Assembly: GCA_040954595.2 (NCBI GenBank) | Contig: CM082580.2 | Location: forward strand, 1,230,783 to 1,294,782 | DNA length: 64,000 bases | Origin: Balanoglossus misakiensis | Lineage: Eukaryota; Animalia; Hemichordata | Reading direction: 5' to 3' | Shown: piece after piece, positions 14,978-28,719 of the stretch | Numbering within the stretch: position 1 is the stretch's first letter | Layout of the letters: each line of letters begins with the position of its first letter | Notes under the pieces: generated by a model | What the model saw: only the letters and a program-made list of their open reading frames with translations | The model's database searches: none | Told to the model about the DNA's origin: nothing | Position numbers and translations under genes: made by a program

Positions 14978-16445
14978 AGATCATGGCCAAAATTATCAAA
15001 ATATTTGGGTTATGTCCTGGCAGCAATAGTACTCATGTGTACAAAATCATGACTGTTGTGCTTTTTAACAAGAGACATATCCAAGTAGATCAAGGGTCAT
15101 GGCCAAAATTATCAAAATATTTGGGTTATGTCCTGGCAACAATAAAACTCATGTGAACAAAATCATGACTGTTGTGCTTTTTAACAAGAGACATATCCAA
15201 GTAGATCAAGGGTCATGGCCGAAATAATCAAAATATTTGGGTTATGTCCTGGCAGCAATAAAATTCATATGAACAAAATCATGACTGTTGTGCTTTTTAA
15301 CAAGAGACATATCCAAGTAGATCAAGGGTCATTGCCAAAATTATCCAAATATTTGGGTTATGTCCTGGCAGCAATAAAACTCATGTGAACAAAATCATGA
15401 CTATTGTGCTTTTTAACAAGAGACATATCCAAGTAGATCAAGGGTCATTGCCAAAATTATCAAAATATTTGGGTTATGTCCAGGCACCAATAGTACTCAT
15501 GTGAACAAAATCATGACTGTTGTGCTTTTTAACAAGAGACATATCCAAGTAGATCAAGGGTCATTGCCAAAATTATCAAAATATTTGGGTTATGTCCAGG
15601 CAGCAATAGTACTCATGTGAACAAAATCATGACTGTTGTGCTTTTTAACAAGAGACATATCCAAGTAGATCAAGGGTCATTACCAAGATTATCAAAATAT
15701 TTGGATTATGTCCTGGCAGCAATAAAACTCATGTGAACAAAATCATGACTGTTGTGCCTTTTAACAAGAGACATATCCAAGTAGATCAAGGGTCATTGCC
15801 AAAATTATCAAAATATTTGGGTAATGTCCTGGCAGCAATAAAACTCATGTGAACAAAATCATGACTGTTGTGCTTTTTAACAAGAGACATATCCAAGTAG
15901 ATCAAGGGTCATTGCCAAGATTATCAAAATATTTGGGTTATGTCCTGGCAGCAATAAAACTCATGTGAACAAAATCATGACTGTTGTGCTTTTTAACAAG
16001 AGACATATCCAAGTAGATCAAGGGTCATTGCCAAAGTTATCAAAATATTTGGGTTATGTCCTGGCAGCGACAAAACTCATGTGAACAAAATCATGACTGT
16101 TGTGCTTTTTAACAAGAGACATATCCAAGTAGATCAAGGGTCATGGCCAAAATTATCAAAATATTTGGGTTATGTCCTGGCAACAATAAAACTCATGTGA
16201 ACAAAATCATGACTGTTGTGCTTTTTAACAAGAGACATATCCAAGGGATCAAGGGTCATTACCATGATTATCAAAATATTTGGGTTATGTCCTGGCAGCA
16301 ATAAAACTCATGTGAACAAAATCATGACTGTTGTGCTTTTTAACAAGAGACATATCCAAGTAGATCAAGGGTCATTGCCAAAATTATCAAAATATTTGGG
16401 TTATGTCCTGGCAGCAGTAGTACTCTTTGAACAAAATCATGACTG
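14978..16445. repeat. 116-bp tandem array, about 13 copies
   Basis: gatcaagggtcat occurs at 15436, 15552, 15668 and onward (period 116). Confidence 0.97.
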
Positions 16446-17002
16446 TTGAGCTTTTTATCAAGAGCCATATCCACATAAAATTAAGTTATGGAATTACTGG
16501 ATCAAAGGACATGCGAGAGTCGCCAACAAATTGTTTAATCAAATACTGAAAAAAAACTGGATCAAAGAACATATGAAAGTTGTCAAAAAATGTAACATAT
16601 TCTAGTCATATGGTGACTCGTATCCACAGAAAGAATTTGTGTGCTTTCAATGAGTAGGATAAAAAAAAGGAATTTTAGCTTTTAATCGGAGTTCAGAAAA
16701 TCCAATTTGGCTCTGATAAGGTTAAACCAATCACAATTCACTTGAAAACTTGATTAGAAAAAGATTTTCGTAATTTTTGAATGAGATTTTTAAAAAATCC
16801 AATAAGGCACCAAAAGTCACATGACCACTAATGATATTTTATCAAACTTTCAACCGCACAGTAAATTAGAACTTGATTGGCCCTGTAGTTTATGAAAATG
16901 TCAACCTTTAAAGCTTATTAGAAAATCCAATATGGCCGCCATGAAGAAGACAATTACAACTAAAAGTAGCATTGGAGGGACCAAGGTTCCAACAGAAAGC
17001 AG

Positions 17003-17359
17003 ACCCCATCAAAATTCCAATTAACAAAATCAGGTAGGGGCACCATACCACACATTCCTACCAATTTTCAGCTCCATCGTACATGTAGTTAGGGAGAAGA
17101 AGATTTTTTTACCAAAAATTTTATTTTTAGATCTAATTTGCATATTCATGACCCGATCAAATCCAAATTAACAAAATCAGGTAAGGGCACCATAACACAC
17201 ATTCCAACCAAATTTCAGCTAAATATGCCAAGTAGTTTTATAGAAGAAGATTGAAATACCAAAAGTTGACGGACGACGGATGACGGACGACAGACGACGG
17301 ACAGACATTTATCAACCTACTGCTACAGCTCGGCTGACACAAGTGACAGCAGAGCTAAT
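17003..17359. mobile_element. Truncated second copy of the HINE-like element (3' module)
   Basis: Nearly identical to ~11790-12118 at an offset of 5241 bp, with the same 3' junction gagctaat|aaaagctg. Confidence 0.85.
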
Positions 17360-18292
17360 AAAAGCTGTATCTGCTGTGCATGCCAAGTTTTGGAAATGTA
17401 GATCAAGGGTCATTGCCAAAATTATCAAAATATTTGGGTTATGTCCTGCCAGAGTAGTACTCATGTGAACAAAATCATGACTGTTGTGCTTTTTAACAAG
17501 AGACATATCAATGTACAATTAAGTTCTGAAAGATCTTGATCAAAGGGAAAATGAAAGTTGCAAAAAATTGTATAATTAAGTGTTAAAAAAAGGATCAATG
17601 GACATGTGAAAGTTGACAAATTTTTTTAACATTCTTGTCTTATGTTGACTCTATCCATAAAAAGGCTTGGTGTGCTATCATTCAGTAGCCTACAAATAGG
17701 AAATTTTAGTTTTTAATCGGAGTTCAGAAAATCCAATTAGGCTTCAATAAGGTTTAACCAATCACAATTTACGCGAAAGCTTGATTAAAAAAAGATTTTG
17801 GAAATTTTTCATGGTATTTTTCAAAAATCCATAATAAATCCAAATTCACATGAACACTAACAATATTATTTTAAAAAATTGGAACGTACAGTAAATTAGA
17901 ACTTGATTGGCCTTGTAATTTTTGAAAAAAAATGTCAACTTTTAAAGGTTATCAGAAAATCCAATATGGCCACCATGAAGAAGACAATTAAAAGAACATG
18001 CAGCATCACAGGGGCCAAAGCAGTTAGCATGGTTCCAACAGAAAGCAAACTCTGTATCTGTTGTGGATTCATAGAATGGTAGGTAAGCCAGAGGTCACGC
18101 AAATTTGTGCCAACAAATTTTGATATCAAACTGATAAGTGTCCAACAAGAACCAAACTTCTAAGCTCAATTGGTTAACTTTAAATAGGATAAGTACATAA
18201 TGATTGTGTTAAAGATTAATACTTCATTAGGTGTTCCAGTCCTCTATATTTGAAAGCCATATCTGCTGTGCATGTCAAATTATGGGAAAGTA

Positions 18293-18835
18293 GATCATGG
18301 CCAAAATTATCAAAATATTTGGGTTATGTCCAGGCAGCAATAGTACTCATGTGTACAAAATCATGACTGTTGTGCTTTTTAACAAGAGACATATGCAAGT
18401 AGATCAAGGGTCATGGCCAAAATTATCAAAATATTTGGGTTATGTCCTGGCAGCAATAAAACTCATGTGAACAAAATCATGACTGTTGTGCTTTTTAACA
18501 AGAGACATATCCAAGTAGATCAAGGGTCATGGCCAAAATTATCAAAATATTTGGGTTATGTCCTGGCAGCAATAAAACTCATGTGAACAAAATCATGACT
18601 GTTGTGCTTTTTAACAAGAGACATATCCAAGTAGATCAAGGGTCATTGCCAAAATTATCAAAATATTTGGGTTATGTCGTGGCAGCAATAAAACTCATGT
18701 GAACAAAATCATGACTGTTGTGCTTTTTAACAAGAGACATATCCAAGTAGATCAAGGGTCATTGCCAAAATTATCAAAATATTTGGGTTATGTCCTGGCA
18801 GCAGTAGTACTCTTTGAACAAAATCATGACTGTTT
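18293..18835. repeat. 116-bp tandem array, about 5 copies
   Basis: Same monomer as 14978-16445. Confidence 0.95.
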
Positions 18836-20544
18836 AGCTTTTTATCAAGAGCCATATCCACATAAAATTTAGTTATGGAATTACTGGGTCAAAGGACATG
18901 CGAGAGTTGCCAACAAATTGTTTAATCAAGTTTTGAAAAAACTGGATCAAAGGACATGTGAAAGTTGCCAAAAAATGTAACGTATTCTAGTCATATGGCG
19001 ACTCGTATCCATAAAATTAATTTGTGTGCTTTCAATGAGTAGGCTAGAAATAGAAAATCTTAGTTTTTAATCAGTGTTTAGAAAAATCCAATTTGGCTCC
19101 AATAAGGTGACACCAATCACAATTCACTTGAAAACTTGATTAGAAAAAGATGTTCTGTAATTTTTTAATGAGATTTTTAAACAATCCAATTAGGCACCCA
19201 AAGTCACTTGACCACTAATGATATTTTTGTCAAACTTTCAACCCTACAGTAAACTAGAATTTGATTGGCCCTGTAGTTTATGAAAATGTCAACTTTTAAA
19301 GGTTATTAGAAATTCCAATATGGCCACCATGAAGAAGACAATTAGAGCTACAAGCAGCATTGGAGTGGCCAAAGCGGTTAGCATGGTTCCAACAGAAAGC
19401 AAATGCTGCATCTGTTGTGGATGCCTAGAAATGGTAAAGTATGCCAGAGGTGATGCAAAATGTGCCAACAAAATTTGATACCAAACTGATCAGTGTCCAA
19501 CAAAAAGCAGACTTCTACGCTTTATTGGTTAACTTTAAATAGCTTATATACATAATTATTGTGTTAAAGTTAATACATGTACTTTATTAGGTGTTCCAGT
19601 CCTCTAAATTTAAAAGCTGTATCTGCTGTGCATGCCAAGTTATGGGAATGTAGATCAAAAGTTACTGCCAAAATTATCAAAATATTTGGGTTATGTCCGG
19701 GCAGCAGTAGTACTCATGTGAACAAAATCACGACTCTTGTGCTTTTTAACAAGAGGCATATCAACGTAGAATTAAGTTCTGAAAGATCTGGATCAAAAGA
19801 CGAATGACAGTTGCAAAAAAAATGTATAATTAAGTGTTGAAAAAATGGATGAAAGGACATGTGAAAGTTGATAAAAATTGTTTAACATATTCTGGTCTTA
19901 TGGTGACTCGTATCCATAAAAAGGATTGGTGTGCTATCATTCAGTAGCCTTGAAATAGGAAATTTTAGTTTTTAATCGGAGTTCAGACAATCCAATTTGG
20001 CTTCAATAAGGTTTAACCAATCACAATTCACTTGAAAGCTTGATTAAAAAAGATTTTGGAAATCTTCATGAGTTTTTGAAAAAATCCATAATAAATCCAA
20101 ATTCACATGACCACTATTAATATAATTGAAAAAAAATTGGAACGGCCAGTAAATTAGAACTTGATTGGCCCTGCAGTTTAGAAAAAATGTACACTTTTAG
20201 AGATTATCAGAAAATCCAATATGGCCGCCATGAAGAAGACCCAACTATAAGCAGCATTGGAGTGACCAAAGTGGTTAGCATGGTTCCAACAGAAAGCAAA
20301 GGCTGTATCTGTTATGGATGCTGAGAAATGGTAAGTAAGCCAGAGGTCACGCAAATTTGTGCCAACAAATTTTGACATCAAACTGATAAGTGTCCAACAA
20401 GAACCAAACTTCTAAGCTCAATTGGTTAACTTTAAATAGGATAAGTACATAACGATTGTGTTAAAGATTAATACTTCATTAGGTGTTCCAGTCCTCTAAA
20501 TTTGAAAGCCGTATCTGCTGTGCATGGCAAGTTATGGGAAAGTA

Positions 20545-21590
20545 GATCATGGCCAAAATTATCAAAATATTTGGGTTATGTCCAGGCAGCAATAGTACTC
20601 ATGTGTACAATATCATGACTGTTGTGCTTTTTAACAAGAGACATATCCAAGTAGATCAAGGGTCATGGCCAAAATTATCAAAATATTTGGGTTATGTCCT
20701 GGCAGCAATATAACTCATGTGAACAAAATCATGACTGTTGTGCTTTTTAACAAGAGACCTATCCAAGTAGATCAAGGGTCATTGCCAAAATTATCAAAAT
20801 ATTTTGGTTATGTCCTGGCAGCAATAAAACTCATATGAACACAATAATGACTGTTGTGCTTTTTAACAAGAGACATATCCAAGTAGATCAAGGGTCATTG
20901 CCAAAATTATCAAAATATTTGGGTTATGTCCTGGCAGCAATAAAACTCGTGTGAACACAATCATGACTGTTGTGCTTTTTAACAAGAGACATATCCAAGT
21001 AGATCAAGGGTCATTGCCAAAATTATCAAAATATTTGGGTTATGTCCTGGCAGCAATAAAACTCATGTGAACACAATCATGACTGTTGTGCTTTTTAACA
21101 AGAGGCATATCCAAGTAGATCAAGGATCATTGCCAACATTATCAAAATATGTAGGTTATGTCCAGGCAGCAATAAAACTCATGTGAACACAATTATGACT
21201 GTTGTGTTTTTTAACAAGAGACATATCCAAGTAGATCAAGGGTCATTGCCAAAATTATCAAAATATTTTGGTTATGTCCTGGCAGCAATAAAACTCATGT
21301 GAACAAAATCATGACTGTTGTGCTTTTTAACAAGAGACATATCCAAGTAGATCAAGGGTCATCGCCAAAATTATCAAAATATTTGGGTTATGTCCTGGCA
21401 GCAATAAAACTCATGTGAACACAATTATGACTGTTGTGCTTTTTAACAAGACTAGAGACATATCCAAGTAGAACAAGGGTCATTGCCAAAATTATCAAAA
21501 TATTTGGGTTATGTCCTGGCAGCAATAAAACTCATCATGTGAACACAATCATGACTGTTGTGCTTTTTAACAAGAGACATATCCAAGTAC
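20545..21590. repeat. 116-bp tandem array, about 9 copies
   Basis: Same monomer; most copies carry the variant gaacacaat. Confidence 0.95.
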
Positions 21591-22336
21591 AATTCAGTTC
21601 TAACAAATCTGAATCAAAGGACATGTGAAATTTGCCAAAAAATGTAACGTATTCTATACATATGGTGACTCGTATCAATAAAATGAATGTGTGCTTTAAA
21701 TGAGTAGGCTAGAAATAGGAAATCTTTGTCTTTAATTAGAGTTCAGAAAGTCCAATTTGGCTCCAATAAGGTTTAACTAATCACAATACACTTGAAAACT
21801 TGATTAGAAAAAGATTTTGGAAATGTTAAATGAGATTTTTTAACAATCCATAATGAATCCAAAGTCGCATGACCACTAACAATATTATTGAAAAAAATTG
21901 GAAGGGACAGTAAATTAGAACTTGATTGGCCATGTAGTTTTGAAAAAATGTCAATTTTAAGAGGTTATCAGAAAATCCAATATGGCCAACATGAAGAAGA
22001 CAATTAAAGGAACATGCAACATTACAGGGGCCAAAGCAGTTAGCATGGTTCCAACAGAAAGCAAACTCTGTATCTGTTGTGGATGGCTAGAAATGGTAAG
22101 CCAGAGGTCACTATGTCTATGTATAATTAACTTCTTAAAACATAGCGTATAGGAAACTGTTGTGCCATTTGGGGATTACACAGATTTTAGGTATTCACCA
22201 GAATTAAATCGCGGGCGACATTGGCAAGCATATATGGCAAAAATATTCAAATACTATGGAAACATAAAAAAAATTCACCATGCTCAATCAAGTGTTATGT
22301 GTCACTGCAATCTTACAAGCAGCACTAAAAAAAACA

Positions 22337-22608
22337 GATTTTTGTCCAAAAACTGTCTGTAAAATACATGCGAGTATGACAAGCTAATTAGTCCAATCAG
22401 ACAGAGGCATTCACTGACCTACCACCAGTTTATAATAAAATAACCGGTGGTCTCTGTAACAGCTGGACCACAACTGATTTTTGTCCAAAAACTGTCTGTA
22501 AAATATATGCGAGTATGACAAGCTAATTAGTCCAATCAGACAGAGGCATTCACTGACCTACCACCAGTTTATAATAAAATAGCCGGTGGTCTCTGTAACA
22601 GCTGGACC
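22337..22608. repeat. Direct duplication of about 135 bp
   Basis: gatttt(t)gtccaaaaactgtctg...gtaacagctggacc occurs at ~22337 and ~22476. Confidence 0.9.
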
Positions 22609-24343
22609 GGTAAAATTATATAAGGCTGTTTATTTTACTGATAAAAATTTTTATAGGTCTTTGTAGGTTATAATAAAGAAAATTATCAAAATCGGTTCAC
22701 CAGTTTTCAAGGTACAAAAGCATCAAAAAATACTGATATTCTCAAGTATCTTCAACATTTTTCAAAAAATTATGCACGATTCACAGAAGAATACTTCTTT
22801 CAGTTTTACAGGAGATCATCTAAACTTGTAAAGAAAATCTCTCTATTTTTTGCATGGCACCATGGGAAATATGAAATTTTGCAATGTTTGATGTTCCGTG
22901 TCTCAATCATAGTTGATCTAATTGTAACGAAATTTTCAGAATATATTACAATATATGTGCAGATACAGATAGTGACTTCAGTTTTTGATATCTGGATTAC
23001 AATTTAAATTCCCAGGCGCTCAAAAAAGGAAAAACCTAGCATTTTACCATTGCAAATGGGCGGCCATATTGGATTGATATTTCATTAGATGGCAATATCT
23101 GTTTATACACTGCAATTTGCTGAAAATCAGTTCAATCACTGTAGTGAGTGGAAATATTTAAATTCTTGTGTATTTTGAGCAATAATACTACTACCAAAAA
23201 TATTTTATACAGTTACTTCTGGACAGCAAAAATTGCCATCATTCAAGTCAAACTCTCAGATCGGCCCTTTTGCTTGCCTGTGTTGGGCAGATATCAAAAG
23301 TGGAGAAAGTTGGATAGTGTAATGTCTACATGTATTTGTACTATCCTTGTAGTCTATTAACATTTACACGATTTTCATATTAATTTTGATATGATATGCA
23401 TGGAAAGACTGGCTGGCTATAAATCATAAAACTGAACGTCCTTGCACCATACAGTTTTTACTGCATACACATGTAGTTTAAGCAAACTGTGTATTTCATG
23501 TATTCCACTTTTCTGCCTTCCTTGCTGGCTTTCTCCATTTATTTTCTTACTGTTTCTTTGTAACATTACTGATTTTTTTTTCTGGTAATTCAATTTCTGG
23601 CTGAAATAAATGTACTAGAGCTGGTAAGGTTTCCTGAACATTAATCCCTGTATCTTGAAGGCAGGTGTGCAAGTTCATATAAAGTTCATTGGTTAAAGGA
23701 ATATTATGAGCTGATAAATCTTCTAAGCTCTTCTTTCTGGCTAGAAGGTCTGCTATATTATCGAATACTCTTTATGCTACTTCCATAATGTTGCCTGTGC
23801 AAATTAACAATCAAAATACCCACTTGCTAGACAATTGTAAGACAAACATTTTTGTTGGGTAATTACAGAATAATTATTTTAATTCCATGCATACTCTACC
23901 TAAACACAAATTAGAATATATAACTGAAATTATAATTATACACAGGTCTATGAAATGCAAAGAAAATGTATTTCTAGGAAAGAACACCCATGGGCATTCA
24001 GCTCTAAGCAGATAACATCAGTCACTTTGAAGACATGTCACTTCCCAGACTTGACTAAACAAACTTCCAACCCTGAAGTGAAACGCATCTCCGAGTTGCA
24101 TACACAATATGATCATATAATGTTAGATATTTATCATGGTTTAAGTGAAAACAAATTAGGAGATGTAAACACCCCTGCCATTTATTCAGTGCCATATAAT
24201 GCTGCCATTATGCACATATTGACTCTAGCCACTTTCCCAGTGGGAGGAAAAAGACTTTAATGGACACCAAGCGGGAAGAAACGAAAGTTACTAAGTTTTT
24301 GGCATTTCATTTTTATTTGTGAGATCGAGAAATTAAAATATGA

Positions 24344-27300
24344 CAAGTTTAGAAAATAATCAGATTACACAGTATGTCCCAGTTCGTATGGCGGCCATAT
24401 TGGATTCTGAACTCTCTAGTGATATAAACATATAGTGTACTTGGCGAGTCTCAGTATAGGGAAATCAACACAATCAGACAAAACTTGGGTTACCCATTGC
24501 AATAATACTATCAAATTTCAAAGCAATCCCATATGCAGTTTCAGAAAAATCAGTATTTTCACCAAAATTGTACAATATCTTACGTCAATCGCTTCAGGGA
24601 ACATGCCTACCAAAGCTCAAGGCAATCTGACAATCAGTTTGAAAGAAAATAATTTTTAATGAAAAATTCCAAAACTATCACACACAAAACGCAAATATGC
24701 ATATTTCAAGTATTTTTCTAAAACATCTCACTTAATTATTCCCAAGGAACAACCCTGCAAAATTTGAAAGCAATCTGACAAGCAGTTTTAGATAAAACAA
24801 TTTTTGACCAAAAAAGACAAAAAATTCTACAAAATTATAAATATGCACATTTTTCATCAACCAGGTTTTCATCAAATGGGACCATATATCCAAATGTATG
24901 CTTCAAAGCAACACGACTCTCAGAGAAAAAAATGCTTGTCACCCTGGTCAAAAATTTGGTTTTACTAAAACATCAAATCGGTTATCTCTCAAAGCTAAAA
25001 GGGTTATCACCAAACAGATTACAATTTTCTTTACTTGTGGTGGTTTTGGTTTTATCGGTTTGCCCAATAAAAATTAGGATAATTGTTTAAGTATGCCAAC
25101 AGTGAGGTGGAAATCACACCAGAAAAGCGAAAATACGCCAACAACATGTAAACAGTAAAATGTTACGAAAAAACAAACAGAAAAGCGAAAATACACCAAC
25201 CACGTTTAAACCGTAAAATTAAAAAAAAATGCAAACACTGGCTCTACGTGCGCTTAGGCAAGAGGCCTAGCAATAAAATTCTCACAGAGTATAACCCTAT
25301 AAATATGTCTAGACTTTCTCGATTATGACCTCAGGGTCAGCAGCGAAGCCATACACAGAATGGCCGAGAGGCATGGCTAGCTGCACGCCCGTAGCTCGGA
25401 TTTTTTTCTGGAATAAGACCTACTTCTGTTCAACTACAAGGTGTTGAACGGATAGCTGCAAATCACCTAATACCAGACTAAACAATCGAGCGACGGTAAC
25501 GTAGCTACATAGGCTATGGTACTAAAAGCAATGACTGGATTATGAGCCTACCGAAAAGACGTCTTGATCCCGCGGCAGTAAGAAGGAAAGTGGTCGAAAC
25601 CCGGCGTCGCACACCGGAAACGGGTCAATGATCACCTGTTGTTATGGAGAGTGGGACTTGTTACCCAATCACAGACCATAGTTAGCATTACGACACACTA
25701 ATGAATATGCATACATGCTATAGCTGCATATTTTATTATTTTAGAACGCACTGGAACATGCTCGCATTCGAAGGAATATTCCATTTGTATATGCAAATAG
25801 CAAACCTATGTTCTCGAGTGTGAGTGCACCATTGTCTCAGGGGGGTGGCTCACGTCCCAAAGAACAGGGGGTAATTTTCTACCACAGCCGCGCATTTCAA
25901 ACCGAGCAAGCAAACTGCTAACTTCCGTTGTCTGGGCAACATTTTGATGTGCGTTAAGTTTTGCACCTATTCGACTTTGAGGAAACAGACCTATAATACT
26001 TCCTAATGTGGTTCTCTTTCTGGGTCATTTTGTTGGTCCAACCACGATCCACGAGATCGTAAACTGCTTGGATTAGGGCGCGTTAGGAAGCTGCAGCTGC
26101 GGCCGCAGGTCAAGTCGGTGTGTGTTGTATTTAACAAACATGGTGAATGTGTTCGGCACAGCAACATGCTCGCTCTACCCACAGCCACTGTACCGTACTG
26201 TCGATCGTTTCCATGTCTGTTTCACGCTCGCTCTTTATAATGCCCTTATCACGCCTCCCGTATTGTGTTCATGATATGACAGTCCCACTAATCTGACAAC
26301 ACGCTCGCTTTTATTATGTCAATTTGTCCTGTTCGCTAGCACTGCGTTCAGGCCTGCATTCACCATTAACAGACTATCCCATTCGCCAACTTTACTGAAC
26401 TACAAAGTGAAGAACCAGTTTGCGTCTTGGCCGAAACAACCGGGGTCATGGAAATTAAAGGCCGAACCGAGAAGATTAAGTGCCATTCCCGAAGTAACGA
26501 CCAACCAATGTTTACAGAGAAATCAGATGACATCAAATAGCGGAGTTCTTATCCTGTCGGGATGCGTTTACCTCGGAATCGGCGAAGTTTTTTTGTCGTC
26601 GAGTTTGATTTCATGGACGATGCAGTCTAGTTATTTGATGATCCATAATTGATATTTTTTTTTTTTGGGGGGGGGGGGTCCTGGTGTCGATAATTCGAGG
26701 CAGGAGAAGAAATGTGCCGACAGCGCAAATTGCCGTTTTTCTCGCTCTGTTTAGTCGATTTTGACAACTTCAAAAGTATTAAACTTCACTCTGCGTTGGT
26801 CGAGAGGTCTTAAATTTTACCCATCCAACAAAACAAACGTTTGTAGTCAATAAAGTGTTCTTGGCGGGAATTAAAATTGATTCAATGCAATTCAAGTTTG
26901 AATTTGATCAAATTTTCTAAATATAGATAAATCGACAGGCCAACACTGTCCATGCACCAAAAAGAACAGCTGGTCGCGGAGATGAATTTTGTTTTTGTAT
27001 ATAACAAAATACCCTACAAAATATAAAAGTTCCGAATTACCTATAATTTGATTCCATTATAATTCCAATACTATTAACTCAATTTTAGAGTAATACACTG
27101 GGAACTATTATTTTTCAAAATTGGAAAATATGCCCCCAAAATACAAGATATTGCCAACAAAAAGCATTGACACTTTCATCATTGGTTTTGTAAATTATCA
27201 TGACAACGCACCCAGGAACCTTTAAATCAAATTTGAAAGCAATGGAGTAGAGGGTTCTGAGAAAGAGTTTTGACCAAAAATGGCAAAAATCACCCCAAAA

Positions 27301-27862
27301 ATATAATATTAAATTCTTCTAGTTGATTTGACAAACATACATGCAAATTTCCAAAGCAATCTATGAGCTGTTTTACATTTAAAAAATGATCAAAAAGGTA
27401 AAAATTGCTCGCAAATTTTGCAGCAATTTAAACAAAACTTTAGTAACTCAGATCACCTATATGAAGCTCCATACTAAATTTCAAAGAGGTGGGCTGATTA
27501 ATTCCAGAAAGGTAGTTTTTTACAAAAATGTAGAAAAAGACAAACAAATGCGAAAAATAGAAAATTCAAAGTATTACCTCAAAACATACAGAATCATTAT
27601 GACCAGGGGTTGCTGAGTTTCTGAGTTTTGACCAAATTAAGGTTTTTCCCAGAAAATTTGCATATTTTTGGCAATGTCAACTTCGTTTGAACAAACTCCC
27701 ATCTACAACCCGGTATGCATCTACACACCAAATATCGAGGTTGTACGCGTAGCAGTCTTCAAGTTTTTGATGTGGATGGACATACTCCCATACATCCATA
27801 CAGATGCAACGTACCGATCTCATAAGGTCCCACTGGAATATACCAATACAAATGTGACATAA
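24344..27862. mobile_element. Old degenerate HINE-like repeat with nested insertions
   Basis: acaag start; subterminal atgtcccagttcgtat is loosely inverted to terminal atacaaatgtgacat; degenerate caaagcaatctgaca subrepeats; (cata)n before the end. Confidence 0.4.
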
Positions 27863-28713
27863 ACACTTGACTTGCGGGCGCTGTTACTCCTCAATGAAAG
27901 CAGATAACGCGACACAAACTGGTCATTTTTTTCAAACTTGTGCTATAAGTAATATGTGTGACCAACTCTATGACTTAATTTTTTGTTAATGACCTAATAC
28001 CAAACAAATAGATATGATCTAATTTAAAAAAACTGTCCCAAAACTGCCAAACACAAAAATGCAAACATCACCAAAATTATACAATATCTTACTTCGATGA
28101 GAACATGCTTACCAAAGTTCAAAGCAATCTGACAAGTGGTTTCAACAAGAAAATCACAAGTTACCTCAAGAACACAAATAAGCAAATTTCAACAAAATTT
28201 TCAAACAACTTACAATTGCTTAACCCTGAGAACATGCCTACCAATTCCCAAAGCAATCTGACAAGCACGAGGTTTCAGAGAAAACGATTTTTGACCAAAA
28301 ATTGCAAAATTTGGCTCATAATTACAAATGTGCAAACTTTGCAACAATTACACCTATAGGAAGATTTATACTAAATGTTAAAGAAATCAGCCAATTACTT
28401 TCATAGAAAATATTTTACCATTGTGTTAAAAGACAAAACATTCATAAAAAGTAGACAATTCACGATGTTAGCTTAGAACTTATATAGCTCTATGATCTTG
28501 GCATAAGAAACATGCATACCACTTTTCAAAGCAATCTGACCAGTAGTTCCCAGCTAACAACTGAGAACAGAATAGCCAAAATCATCACCAGCGCCTAACA
28601 CTACATTTGATTTTAATCAGATGAAAAAGGGAAGTAAGCAGACCATTTGTTGGAGCGGCTGATCCTCACCTGAAATCAAAGAGACAGACAAAAGCACTCA
28701 TTTTATCAGAATA

Positions 28714-28719
28714 TTTATT
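28714..28719 (-). terminator. Candidate polyadenylation signal of the MED25-like 3' UTR
   Basis: AATAAA on the minus strand followed by GU-rich gtgcttttgtctgtctc; it ends a ~2.9-kb T/G-rich stretch that follows the terminal exon. Confidence 0.35.

Larger units (their letters stand above)
7790..22112. repeat. ~900-bp macro-tandem repeat, about 10 units plus a degenerate first unit
   Basis: The anchor ttccaacagaaagca occurs at about 9192, 10090, 12793, 13819, 14718, 16987, 18033, 19387, 20284 and 22049; uninterrupted spacing is about 897-899 bp. Confidence 0.93.

Noticed and set aside
14978-16445. CRISPR-like array
   Set aside because: The monomers are contiguous 116-bp copies with no unique spacers, there are no cas genes, and the context is eukaryotic.
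804-21628. Many short ORFs in the ORF track
   Set aside because: They are translations of tandem repeats, with frames that are inconsistent between copies.
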